A DNA stretch of 64,000 nt, from NCBI GenBank assembly GCA_043228905.1, contig JBHGNT010000020.1, positions 11,470,001-11,534,000 of the forward strand, given 5' to 3'. The DNA comes from Azolla caroliniana (Eukaryota > Plantae > Polypodiophyta). Below, piece after piece: positions 24,543 to 35,978 of this stretch (its first letter is position 1; every line of letters begins with the position of its first letter). The translations under genes and the position numbers were made by a program. The notes beneath the pieces are model-generated. The model saw only the letters and a list, made by a program, of their open reading frames with translations, was not told where the DNA came from and made no database searches.

Positions 24543-27500
24543 TGTTGAGCGAGCAAGCTCAACTGGATCCGGATCGGATTGAAACCGATAGGCCGTTGGA
24601 GGCCTACGGATCTAGCCTAGGACGTAGGCATAGTTTTGGGAGTCAGTGACAGTCGCTCGTATGAGCATTGAAGTACATGTCAGTACTTCTGTCAGTCCTT
24701 TATGGACTTGTATAAAAGTGATCTCTAAGGACATTCTATGTACACAGAGGGTTATTATTTTTTGAATTGAGTTTTATGTTCTGCTCTCTCTGTCTCTCCC
24801 ACGCATTCTCTGTTAAACCTTCTTCTCTCTACGTTCTGTTGGTATCCGGCTAAGCCGGTTTGTCATACGCTTCTGCATATTAACTTTTACGTGGTATCAA
24901 AGCGCGAGGGTTGAGAACCTCTGCAGCTGACAGACGTTTTGAAGACAAACCCTAACACCCGATGAAGAATAGAAAAGAACTAAGATGGAAAGAGGTATGG
25001 CAAGTTCGCTTCCCACAGAAAAGCTCGACCGGAGCAACTATGCATCCTGGACATATAAAATGCACCAGTACTTACTGGGGCATAGTTATTGGAGCTTTGT
25101 GGAAGGAACGAACAATGTAGCGCCAAAGCCGACACACAAGGACTTCCCAGCATGGGAACAAGGAGCGAGTAGAGTGTTGTATTACCTCGCATCTTGTGTG
25201 CACGATCAGATGCTCAACTACATCAAGGATGCAAAAACGCCGAAGGAGGCCTAGGAAAATCTTCAGAAGATTTTCGCCGCAAGTACCACAGCCCATAAGT
25301 TGCAGCTTTGGCAAGAGCTGCACAACATCCGGCAAAGAGACATGTCGATTACGAGGTACACCACCAAAATAAAGGAGATTTGTGGCGTGCTTGGGTCCAT
25401 CAATGTGATGGTGGACGAAGACGAAATGCTACAAATCTGCCTTGGTGGTCTAGCACAATGGTACGGGCCAATCCGGACGACGATCTACATCCGGGAGAAG
25501 CCACCATCCTACTTCGACCTGCAATCGATGTTGATGGGTCGAGGACCACTCAACCGGACAACCGGATGTTGTACACAAAGGCGGACCAGCCCCGTGGGCG
25601 TGGAGGACGAGGTGGGTCGGCATGCAATGGAGGCGGCCGGCAAGAGTAGAATCGAAGGCACCAAGATAGTGCCGACATCAGTTTCAGACCCTCCACGAGT
25701 AGGGGGAGTCAAAACGGCGTCAGAAACCGGCAAGGGAAGGCCGACACGGAATGTTGGTATTGTGGCAAGAAAGGCCACAGAGAAAGCGAGTGTTGGAAGA
25801 AGCGCGTCGATTCAGACAAATCCAAATCTGGCAAGGCCGAACAGGGAAACTGGCAAAGCTCGCTCTACGTAGAAGGATCGAAAGGATCTGGAACAGGGAA
25901 AACCGGAAAGGGGCCAGCCTTTGTGATGAAGCACAAGGCTAACTCGATGAAGAAGACTACTTCCAAATCTGTATGGTATGTTGATTCCGGAGCATCAAAC
26001 CACATGACGAGCCATGAAGAGTGGTTCTCGTTTTTAGAGAAACAGGAACAACTGGGAATCGTCGAAACCAGAGATGACACCCCTCACCTGATTGTGCATG
26101 TCGGAGAAGTCCCTTTAAGCCATGTTAGACAAAAGGGAAAGCTTATGAACGTACTACACGTTCCGACAATCACAAAGAACTTGGTGTCGATCGGACAAAT
26201 CGTCGACCAGGGAATGCATGTGCGGTTTACGCACCTCGGGTGCTTCATCGAGGAAGAAGGTCAGATAATTGCGCAAGGGCGCAAAGACGGGAGGATCTTC
26301 ATCCTCAACACCAACGACATCTTTGGATATGCGGTAGCATAGCATTTGTGCATGTACTGGATGAGAAGCGGAGGAAGCTGGATCCGAAGTCGGAGAAGTA
26401 CATACTCGTCGGCTACTCGCATGGACAGAAGGGTTATAAGTGTTATAACCCCCGAACTAAACAGGTCCAAGTAAGTCGAGATTTCGAGTTAGTCGGTACT
26501 CTCTACTGACTCCAACTCCCGATGAAGACCCGATTATGGAGGATGAGGCTAGTGAACCTAGAGAGGTTCAGGTAGAAGATGAGGAATTCGGTACTCTAAA
26601 TGAGAGTCTGATCTCATTCCGGCTAAGTGGGCCGAATGAGCAGTTGAGTCGGAATGACCAGTCGGATGAAGAACCGGCAAGTAGTGGAGACTCTGACCTG
26701 CTCTCCCCGCGCAAGGAACCGAGGAGACGGTTCATGCGCAAAGAGAACAGGAAGAAGAAGATGTTGGAATACGACACGAGCAATGAAGAGTTAGATCAGA
26801 GTGATTCTGACTCCCGACAGAACGAAGTCGGATCTTCAGAGACGAAGTCTGAACCGGCCAAGAAGGGCCTCAAACTAGCTGACGAAAAGTTGCGTCGGTC
26901 AACCCGCCAAAAGAACCCCGTAAAACGGTACGGTGTCGTACCTTTCGGCACCGGATCGTTTGCGTGAGTCGGGTGGGAACCATTGGGGTTATTGGACTAG
27001 GAGGAGGAAGAATTTGAGACAAGTTTATGGTTATGGACAAATTATTAGAAAGATAGGTAAGTTATGAATCTCGTGAATCCCACGAGTTTAGTGTATTTAA
27101 ACAATATTTAGATAGTAAGAGACAATTTTGGTCACAAATTCGTGAATCCCATGAATATATTATATTAATTGGTGTTTTAGGAAATATATCCAATTTCCCA
27201 AATATTTTTCACACACCCATTACATTGTGCTCCTCATCCTTATATAGAGATGGGAGAGTCTTTTCTAACCCATGCGTTTTCTCTAATTATAGACTCCATG
27301 CTTTTCCTATAGATAGACTATATGTTTTATCTAAAGTGATTATGTTTGTTCTAACTTGTGCGTATTTTATCAACTATAGCGTTCATGCACGCTAAATGTG
27401 CATGCGTAGCTTTTTCTTTTAGCATGCGTTTTTCTTTTAATTAAAGTTTATCCTACGTGAACTTACGTTTTTTATGTGGGACATCTACTTTTGAACATGA

Positions 27501-30274
27501 ATGAAATGCTAGTGTGATGGTAAGACATTATATTATTAACATGGAGGTGCAAGGTTCGAATCTTGCCCTATGCATGTTATATATATTTTAATATTTTCTA
27601 CTATTTATTCATATTTATTAAATCGGTACTTTATAAGTTTTTCACGTAGTGTACAAAATACACTACGACAACGGATACAATGAGTACATGGCGCATTATT
27701 ATGCGTACATGACCAAGGTGGTGGAAGTGCGTGAGCCAGAGAGCTACGTAGAAGCAGCGAAAGAAGCAAATTGGCGTGCTGCTATGGAAGAAGAAATGTG
27801 AGCACTTGATGCCAATGACACTTGGGACCTTCTCAACCCTCCCCAACAATGTTCGGCTGCAAGTGGGTGTACAAGGTAAAGTACAATGCCGACGGTTCAG
27901 TCAACCGGTACAAGGCCTGGTTAGTGGCGAAGGGATACACACAGACCCAAGGAATCTACTATGACGAGACCTTCGCTCCGGCAGCGAAGATGACGATGGT
28001 TCGTCTGGTACTAGTTGTTGTCGCGGCAAGGGGATGACATCTTCACCAAATGGACGTGAAGAATGTGTTTCTTCAAGGTGACCTTGAAGAACGGGTCTAT
28101 ATGATCCAACCCCCCGGTTTCCAATCTGAGTTGAACAGGTTGGCGGTGTGCCCACTCAAAAAGTCACTTTATGGTCTGATGCAAGCCCCCCAAGCTTGGA
28201 ATGCGAAAATCACGCACCGGTTGCGTAAGATGGGGTTTGTGGCCTCAAATTCTGACTTTTCACTGTTCATCCGGAAAGGTCCGGTTTGTATCCTACTCTA
28301 TGTAGATGATCTAGTCATCACCGGACCCGGATTCGATTAAATCGGCCAAGTGAATTCCTAGTTGTCAGACGCATTTGAAATGAAGGACTTGGGGGACCTT
28401 CATTATTTTCTTGGGATCGAGGTGATTCGGACCCCCGACTGCATATTGCTCTCACAACGCCATTATGTGTTGAATATGTTGTACAAGTTCGGCATGACGG
28501 AATGTCGACCGATCTCCACACCCCTGGACCGGAACCTGAAGCTACATCTCGACTATGGACTGGCCTACAATAAGAAGCGGTTCCGAAAAATTGTCGGAAG
28601 CCTTATCTACTTGACAATTACCCGACCCGACATCAGTTATCCGGTTGGAGTGATCAGTCAGTTTATGCAGAAGCCAACCATGGAGCACCTTAAGTGCGTG
28701 CATCGAATATTGTGATATGTGAGCGAAACGAAGTACCAGGGATTGTTATACCGACACCGTATATCTGGGAAGCTAGCCGGATATACCGATGCCAACTAGG
28801 TTGGTGATGCATCGGATCGCCGATCCACCTCCGGTTACATGTTTTCTCTTGGTAGCAAAAAGTAGCTTACAATGGCTCTGTCGAGCACTGAGGCTGAATA
28901 TCGGGGCACTACTATTGCCACCTATGAAGCCATCTAACTTCGGTGACTACTACAAGACCTCCAAATCGAGGTGCAGACCTTGATCCTGATTTATTGTGAC
29001 AACATAAACATCATACAGTTCACCAAGCACCTTGTACTCCGGACAACGCACATAGAAGTGCATTATCACTTTGTCCGTGAGCGGGTCCTGTGCGGTGAAG
29101 TTGAACTTCGGAATGTTCACACGAATCGGCAGGTCGCTGACATCTTCACCAAGCCGCTTGGATCGAACAAGTTGCAACACTTTTCGGAGATGCTCGGCAT
29201 TCAGCATCTCAACGTGCCGCGCTTGAGGGGGAGAACGGGAACGGAAATGGGTAATGGCACCAGACAAGGAGCCGGAGAGGAAGAAAGAATAAAGGGGGGA
29301 GATGAGCAGAAAAAGGAAGCTGAGCCGACCGAAGGAGTCGGCACATCCAAACAAGTCGGAGCAAGCGGTAGCGGCGGTAGACTCAAGAAGCACAGAGGTA
29401 ACCAGAAGAAGGCCAAGACCCGGACGTGGTCTGATGTGGTGAAGGGCCTAGAAACGGAAAACGAATCGGAAGCAACTGATTCAGACAAGAGCTGGAACGA
29501 ATCGGAGGAAGCCGATTCGGTTCAACAATTTGATTCGGAGGAGCTGGATCGACTAAAGGCCAAGTGGACAAGAAGGCAGCAGAAGTCGACACCGATACGG
29601 AGGAACTGATGGGTCGACAAGCGTTGGAGTTATAGCAGAGAAGGAGCTAAGATGGGCCTGGTGAGCAGACAAGCTGACCAAGGAGGTCGAGATGCACAAA
29701 ACCGAACGGGTCGTGGAAAGCGGAACCGGACCGGACAAGGAGCGCGAGCAACGAGAGGACACCAGAAGGAACCGGAGGAAAGGACCGGCTACTGTAGACA
29801 ATGACACCACGATCTGACCTCAAGTTGAGCTTGAGGGGGAGTGTTGAGCGAGCAAGCTCAACCGGATCCGGATCCGCTGAATAAGCCAGAGCCGGATCGG
29901 TATCCGGGACGGAGAGTTGGATCAGTGTCCGGATGGTATCTGGAACCAGAAGCCAGATCATATTGAAACCAGTAGGTCGTTGGAGACCTACGGATCTAGC
30001 CTAGTACATAGGCATAGTTTTGGGAGTAGTGGCAGTCGCTCATATGAGCATTGAAGTACATGTCAATACTTTTGTCAGTCCTTTATGGACTTGTATAAAA
30101 GTGCTCTCTGAGCACATTCTATGTACACAGAGGGTTATTATTTTTTGAATTGAGTTTTATGTTCTGCTCTCTCTATCTCTCCCGTGCATTCTCTATTAAA
30201 CCTTCTTCTCTCTACGTTCTGTTGGTATCCGACTGAGCCGGTTTGTCACACGCTTCTGCATATTAACTTTTACA
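24543..30274 (+). mobile_element. Ty1/Copia element F, degenerate, inserted in intron 2 of the methyltransferase gene
   Basis: LTRs 24543-24891 and 29842-30274, TSD TCTTA (24538-24542/30275-30279), PBS 24892-24903, PPT 29833-29841. Gag, PR (VDSGAS), RT (YVDD) and RNase H remnants; integrase core deleted near 26330. Confidence 0.93.
26934..27670 (-). mobile_element. Solo LTR nested in F
   Basis: 7-bp terminal inverted repeat TGTCGTA/TACGACA, 4-bp TSD ACGG. The F frame (..KRYG|YNEYMAH..) resumes after it. Confidence 0.85.
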
Positions 30275-32389
30275 TCTTATAATTGCAGAAACCACCTCAC
30301 TCAAAAAAAGTGTGTGACAGTAATGAAGGCATTCCAAGTGCATTCATCACCCATTTGGAACGAGCCAAGTACAAAAAGCGAATGACGAAAAGAAAAGAGC
30401 TAGAGGTGCCCGAAGACTCGGACATAGTAAAAAGTTTTTTGCACAAGGTTGATCCTTTCCGACAATTGTATTATAGTGTATATAATGGTGATGTGGGTAA
30501 TATGCTTGACATATTACCCAAGAGGCATTATACATTGCTCGTCGCGGACATACCATATGGGTTTCAAATAACATGGTCCACATACGACGATGTACCATAT
30601 AAACATCCGCAAATAGAAAATATGGTGAAAGACTTTGCAGAGTTGACCCTGGCTCCATTATGGCAAATAGTAATATTTCATAGTATGGTTCACGCTTTAT
30701 CGGTCACTACTGCACTGAAGTCGAGATGCCATGTCACCGAACACATGCATTGGTAAGCTTTTAGTTGCTATATATTTAATATATGCCTTTTATTGTACTT
30801 ACTACATAAATATTGACTTGTTTCCATTCCATTACAAATAGGGTTAACACGAACATAACTCGTACCCTAGGCGATCGAATGGTGAGTGATGTGGAGCATA
30901 TGTGTGTGGGGTACTACGATGCTATTTCTAAGAAGAAGGCTTGGGCACATGTGAATGAGCGAAACATCGTCAATTATATCATGTGCCCAGCAGTAACGAA
31001 GAAATTGCGCCACATTTCTGGCGACAAGTGTCTAGTAAACCCATATCAAAAGCCCCAGCGATTAATTAATAGATTGGTCGAGCTGTTCTCCAACCCTGAT
31101 GATTGGGTGCTCGACTTATTCTCTGGAACAAGTATTCGTGTGATCAATCTATCTTAAAATAAATTAGAATTTCTCGTCTTTGTTTTCTTATTTCTGCATG
31201 TATGATCGTTTATTCAGGAACAATGACTGTGTGCGCTCTCAAATTGTCTAAGAACTGCATCGTCTTGGAGAAGGACCCCTCCCAAGTAAATTTTATTAAA
31301 ATGAGGATCCAAGGTATCTGGGATTGTCCCGACCAAGACCAAGAGGTTGGGGTAAAGCATATAAATGAAACTGAGATGTTTCAACTGACCTCCAGGGAAC
31401 TGATGGAACCTATAGACGAAGGAGGGGACATGGTTGACTTCGAAGATGTACTAGAGTCTGAACAAAGACAAGATTCAGTTGAGCAAACGGAACAAGTGGA
31501 TACGACACAACTATTAGCTGATCTTGTAGGGCAGCCTGTTCTAGACCTCCTAATGGAGTGAATTGTATAATACTTTGTATTTGTAACTGAAAAATTGTTT
31601 TGAAATATAAGAACTTTTTGTTTGAGTATAATTTGTTTAATCTATCTGATTGGTGTCTCAAACTTTATGTGTCTATCATACTTTTACAAAGGTTGACTTG
31701 TAAAGTATATGGTTAAGTATAATTTCCATTGAATAGATGATTTTAACTTATCGATTGTATGACAAATGTTGGTTATAATTGTTTCTCGATTAATATAATT
31801 GGATTTAGTCTTTATTCTAAGATTTATGTTGTCTTTAATCTTGGTAATTTAGTTTCGAGTAAACACAATAATATTAAGTCAACATCGTTGCTCACATGAT
31901 AATACATTCACGTTGTTCATGTATGATTGGCATATAATGTTCATAGTGGTTTTTGGGCATCCGTGGTATATCGTGAGATATTCGTTTGTGAAAGTTTTTC
32001 TAATTAATCCAAAAATCCTATTTACAAAATCCACATAGCAATCTTTATAAGATTTAGAGACAAATATAGTAACACAACTGCATTTCTAAATTGTTTAAGT
32101 TGGATTCAAATTACACATTATGTACAATGAAGCATATTACAATTATAGTTGGATGCATTCCCGTCATCTTATCTAAGATTAGGATAAATTTGTGTATGAA
32201 TTGAGAAAATATCGATTAAATTTTTAATCTTAAAAATATTAACTGCCTTTTTGAGTGATGTTTTTAAAAATCGTGTGTGCATGCATGATAGATTCTTGAA
32301 AATTTGTTAAAAAATGGTAATTCTTGATATCTCACGTATGTATCAATAAAGGAATGTGACATATTGCCTGTTTCAAATGTCCTGGTGTT

Positions 32390-32750
32390 TGAGGATGATA
32401 ACCTGTGTACGCATAGAATGGTGTAACCCTAGTAGAGGAGTGGATCAAAATATTATATGAAAATTCGGCAAAAAGTAATATATCAGCCCAATCATCTTGC
32501 TGATAATTGATGAAATAGTGAAGATACTACTCCAATGTCTAATTTCCACATTATGTTCGTCCAATAGTTTGGGGATGATAGCATGAGAAGAGGTTGCAGG
32601 AGACTTTGAGCATTGTGAAGAGATACTTCCAAATTTTAGATATAAAATGAGGTCCATGATCACTGATGGTGTTGTCGGGAATATCATCGTGACAAAAAAC
32701 TTCACGCATAATGAGATTTGCGGTGTCCTCACTAGTGATATCTTATTGAT
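32390..32750 (-). pseudogene. Degenerate chromovirus integrase fragment
   Basis: Minus strand reads MREVFCHDDIPDNTISDHGPHF..YHPQT..YQQDDWADILLFAEFSYN, homologous to element C. Confidence 0.8.
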
Positions 32751-32835
32751 CAACTATTGTTAAGATAACATTGAATCCTTTAGAATTTGGAAGATTTGTA
32801 ATAAAAGCTTAAGATATAGCAAGTTCATTGAATCG

Positions 32836-33333
32836 TGTCACCACACAAGACGCTCTCTCTCATCTCTTCCTCTCTTCTGCTCTATATTACAGAAGCTCTA
32901 TATTCTCTTCTTCCCCTTAATAAGATTTGCCCTAGCTCCACATATTTATACAAGGGATATATATTCTTATTATTATGTTATAATAATAGAAATAGTAGTT
33001 AATCGGCCAACAGGTCGACTCGACTATCCGACCCACAAGTCGACAATTAGTTTGTTTCGACTACCCGACTCCTATGTCAACTATCCAGTCGGCCCAACTG
33101 GAAAACCTTGTCGATGACCATACGGTCGGCCTGACTTGGTTGGTCCTATCCTTCACTTAGATCATCTATCCAATATTGTCGACTACCATAGGCAACTCTC
33201 CTTCAATAAGTTAATCGACTATCAAGTCGACTTGTTGTTTGATCCGATCGACCATCGTAGATTCGGTTTGTCGCTTACTACAGTCCGACTACCAATGCCA
33301 AATTCTCCTATTAGGAGGGAAAAAACTCTCACA
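32836..33333 (-). repeat. Possible LTR remnant
   Basis: TG start, minus-strand TATA, CGAC-rich repeats. Right boundary and TSD not established. Confidence 0.35.
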
Positions 33334-33345
33334 TAATGGTTGTTG

Positions 33346-34107
33346 TCACAATGTTATTAATGCCACTTCAAGTTGGTGAACCCTGTGAGTTAAATCCTCA
33401 GGTTGTTGAGCTTTCTCGACATTCATTTGTTGTAAATCCCCGACAAGCCTTTGATTCTCTTCCTCCAAGGCCATGAACTTGGTGGTCAAGCATTCAAGAT
33501 CACCTAGAACATGCATATATTCTTGTTCACTTATTGCTACCATGGTTATGAGAAGATAGGGTGAGAGGTTCCTTGGAAAAAAACATAACAATGAAGAAGG
33601 TTAAGGATTCCGGTTCAAACTGTCAAGGTCGTAACCAAAGATAAGTTTAAACTGAAGAAGAGAATGAGATGTAGAAAAGACAAGAGGAATGAGAGAGAAA
33701 TTAGAAGATGTCGACAATGTATTAGCAATGAGAACGAGCGTTACAATAGCAATGAGAACAAGGGTTAAAGCGTATGTCGAAGACTGGAGTTGAACCAGAA
33801 TGATTCATCAATACTTAGCTACATGTTTATATAGCATGCTTTGCAGACATGCATGCTCGCCACCTCATAAGCACACATGATCGCCACTTGGCATTCATGC
33901 AACACTTGGTAATCATGCGTTAGCCTATGCAGTGGCGACATTTCATAATATTATATATGATTCTTAAATTTGATCTAATATAAGAATTTATAACTTAATA
34001 TATGTAATATAATGTATCCTAGTTGTTGAAGCTACATATCTTTTTTGAGGTCATGGGTTTGAATCTCTATTATTATAAGTCTTGGATTTTTTGTATATGT
34101 TCATAAC

Positions 34108-34108
<1 letters not shown>
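33346..34108 (-). mobile_element. 5' end of a second chromovirus-like element: LTR 33621-34108, self-priming PBS 33607-33620, gag N-terminus 33346-33543
   Basis: TGTCA..TAACA ends. The post-LTR sequence GTTTGAACCGGAAT is complementary to LTR 33790-33801. Coiled-coil gag-like ORF follows. Confidence 0.7.
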
Positions 34109-34153
<45 letters not shown>

Positions 34154-34167
34154 GGAGCAGCCGAGAT

Positions 34168-34348
34168 GGATGTAGCTCAATTGGTAAGGTTTCCCAATGG
34201 AGACCAAGTGGTCATGGGATCAACCCCTACATTCCACAATGACATCTAATGAAATTAGAGATATCTATGGAGTAATATAAAGGTGAGAAAATTGGGTTTC
34301 GAACCCAAGATGCAGTGCGAATAGTGTAAATGACTTACCACTAGGGTA
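34168..34348. other. Two convergent tRNA-derived (A-box/B-box) modules
   Basis: Plus strand: TAGCTCAATTGG 34173-34184 with a degenerate B box. Minus strand: TACCCTAGTGG 34348-34338 and GGTTCGAAACC 34305-34295. Confidence 0.6.
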
Positions 34349-34500
34349 AGTTAATTACGGGAAAAAAAGAGACAGACTGAGCAGAACAAACAACAAGAAA
34401 AAAATCTATTTCCAAAATATGACTCAGTACTAAACAATGTGCTCATAAAGCACTTTATATACAAGCCTTTGTTGGTTTCTTTAGCCGTTATCTCTCAACA

Positions 34501-35925
34501 TGATGACACTGGATATCTACCAGAAACAAGTCACCCTCTCTGAGTGTGACATATAATGGGTACAATGAGTGTACCTTCGGACTCCAAGCAAGTAGGAGGT
34601 TCCCTTTGTGGAGTGTCCAACCTCATGAGGAGAAGTCGGCACGGATATCGTCTTCATCTAAGTATCCAACTGAGATCAACAGTCTAGTGAGATCAGGTAC
34701 ATGTCAAACATTGTATAGTACAAGGGCAGAGTCACCCGGAAGGTTAAGCTCTACCGTGCCGATTCCGATGATAATGCAATGTTGCGAGTTTCCGACCCGA
34801 GCTAAACCTGAATGTCGGGCTGAGTATTTCCGGAACTGAGACCGATGAGGAGTCACATGGTACGACGCACCCGAGTCTAAGAGCCAAGTGCTTGATTCTT
34901 TCGTCATGAGCATAAATTCTGACTCGACTGAATTTTCAATGAACAAGATGTTCGGGTCGCCTGTCAATGCTTCCGCTAATGAACTGACGAAGTTGACCTC
35001 CTGTTGGCCACCGTTTTGATTAGCTCTTTGAGCTTTATCGTTCATTGACTTGAGGGCACGGCAGTTGGCCTTGATGTGTCTGGGTTTCATGCAGTAATTG
35101 CATATTCTAGAGTCCCTGGACTTGCTTCGGCTTCACACATTTGTCGACTCCAGGGAAGAACTTCTTTCCCAGTGGTTCGGTCGGTCAGCCGAACTTTGTA
35201 CTACGAAGGTGTCCTTAACCAAATTGTGAACGAATGATATTCTCTGTGTGTCTTCTGACAAAATCAAGTTTCTTAGCTTCAGAGTAATTCACGGTTGTTC
35301 TGAACGCATTGCACATAGTGGTGACATATGTTTCCCAAGAAAGGGGTAGGTTGCTCATTAATACAAGTCGATTTCAACTCATCTTCTATCGCCACCTCCT
35401 GAGCCGAAAGCTGGGAACTTATGCTTTCGTACTCGTTGATGTGTGCTTGGACCGAGTCAGACTCTTTCATCTGAATGTTGAAAAGGCATTGGATGAGATA
35501 TATCTTCGTGGCAGCAACCTTTTCCTCCTAAGTGTTCGAAAGTGTCTTCCACAATTGGAAGGTCGTCGAGCACGATTGCGCTGTATAATATAACGATTTC
35601 GATAGGTGCATCCAAATGGTGGCCCGGACAATTCAATCTAGCTTTGTCCACTCATTCGGCTTGAATTCTTCGGGAGCTTGCTCATATTTGATCGGATCAT
35701 TCACAATCAGGTCGTCCTAAATGTGCTCTTTCAAGAAATTAAAGTTCGTTCAATCGAACTTCATGAGACTCGTCTTTGATGAGCCGGACGACGATGCCAT
35801 TCTAATTTGTGTTGGCTAGAAGGTTCTATCCCGAGTTGCCTACGAACAGTAAGAGGGTGCAGTTGGCCGGCTCACTCGAATTTGTTCTAGCCGAATTTGG
35901 ACACAAGCCGAATTGGCTTCGGTTG
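34501..35925 (-). pseudogene. Degenerate A-family Copia fragment (leader, gag, PR)
   Basis: MKESDSVQAH and WLLDSGASYHVTPHRSQF homology to E, with many stops. Confidence 0.85.
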
Positions 35926-35978
35926 TTAGCTTGTCCTACTTGAGGTGACTACGGTGAAAAAGACAATGGGGCTGACTA

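Larger units (their letters stand above)
24094..31561 (+). pseudogene. Spliced beta-class amino-DNA methyltransferase (N6-adenine/N4-cytosine, N6_N4_Mtase-like) gene, 5'-truncated; exons about 24094-24255, 24342-24479, 30289-30752, 30842-31131, 31218-31561
   Basis: Motif IV LLVADIPYG (DIPY 30547-30558), PYQKPQRLINRLVELFS, motif I WVLDLFSGT-x-T, then CALKLSKNCIVLEKD. Four phase-compatible GT-AG introns (86, about 72 net of the Copia insertion, 89 and 86 nt). Frameshift near 24400. Confidence 0.8.

Noticed and set aside
30283-31561. Bacterial contamination as the source of the methyltransferase
   Set aside because: The gene has spliceosomal GT-AG introns and carries a plant Copia insertion with an intact TSD.
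31600-32390. Second gene or host-element ORF downstream of the methyltransferase (stop-poor minus-strand stretches)
   Set aside because: No recognisable motif and several stops. It cannot be supported without a profile search, but should be included when looking for the MTase's host element.
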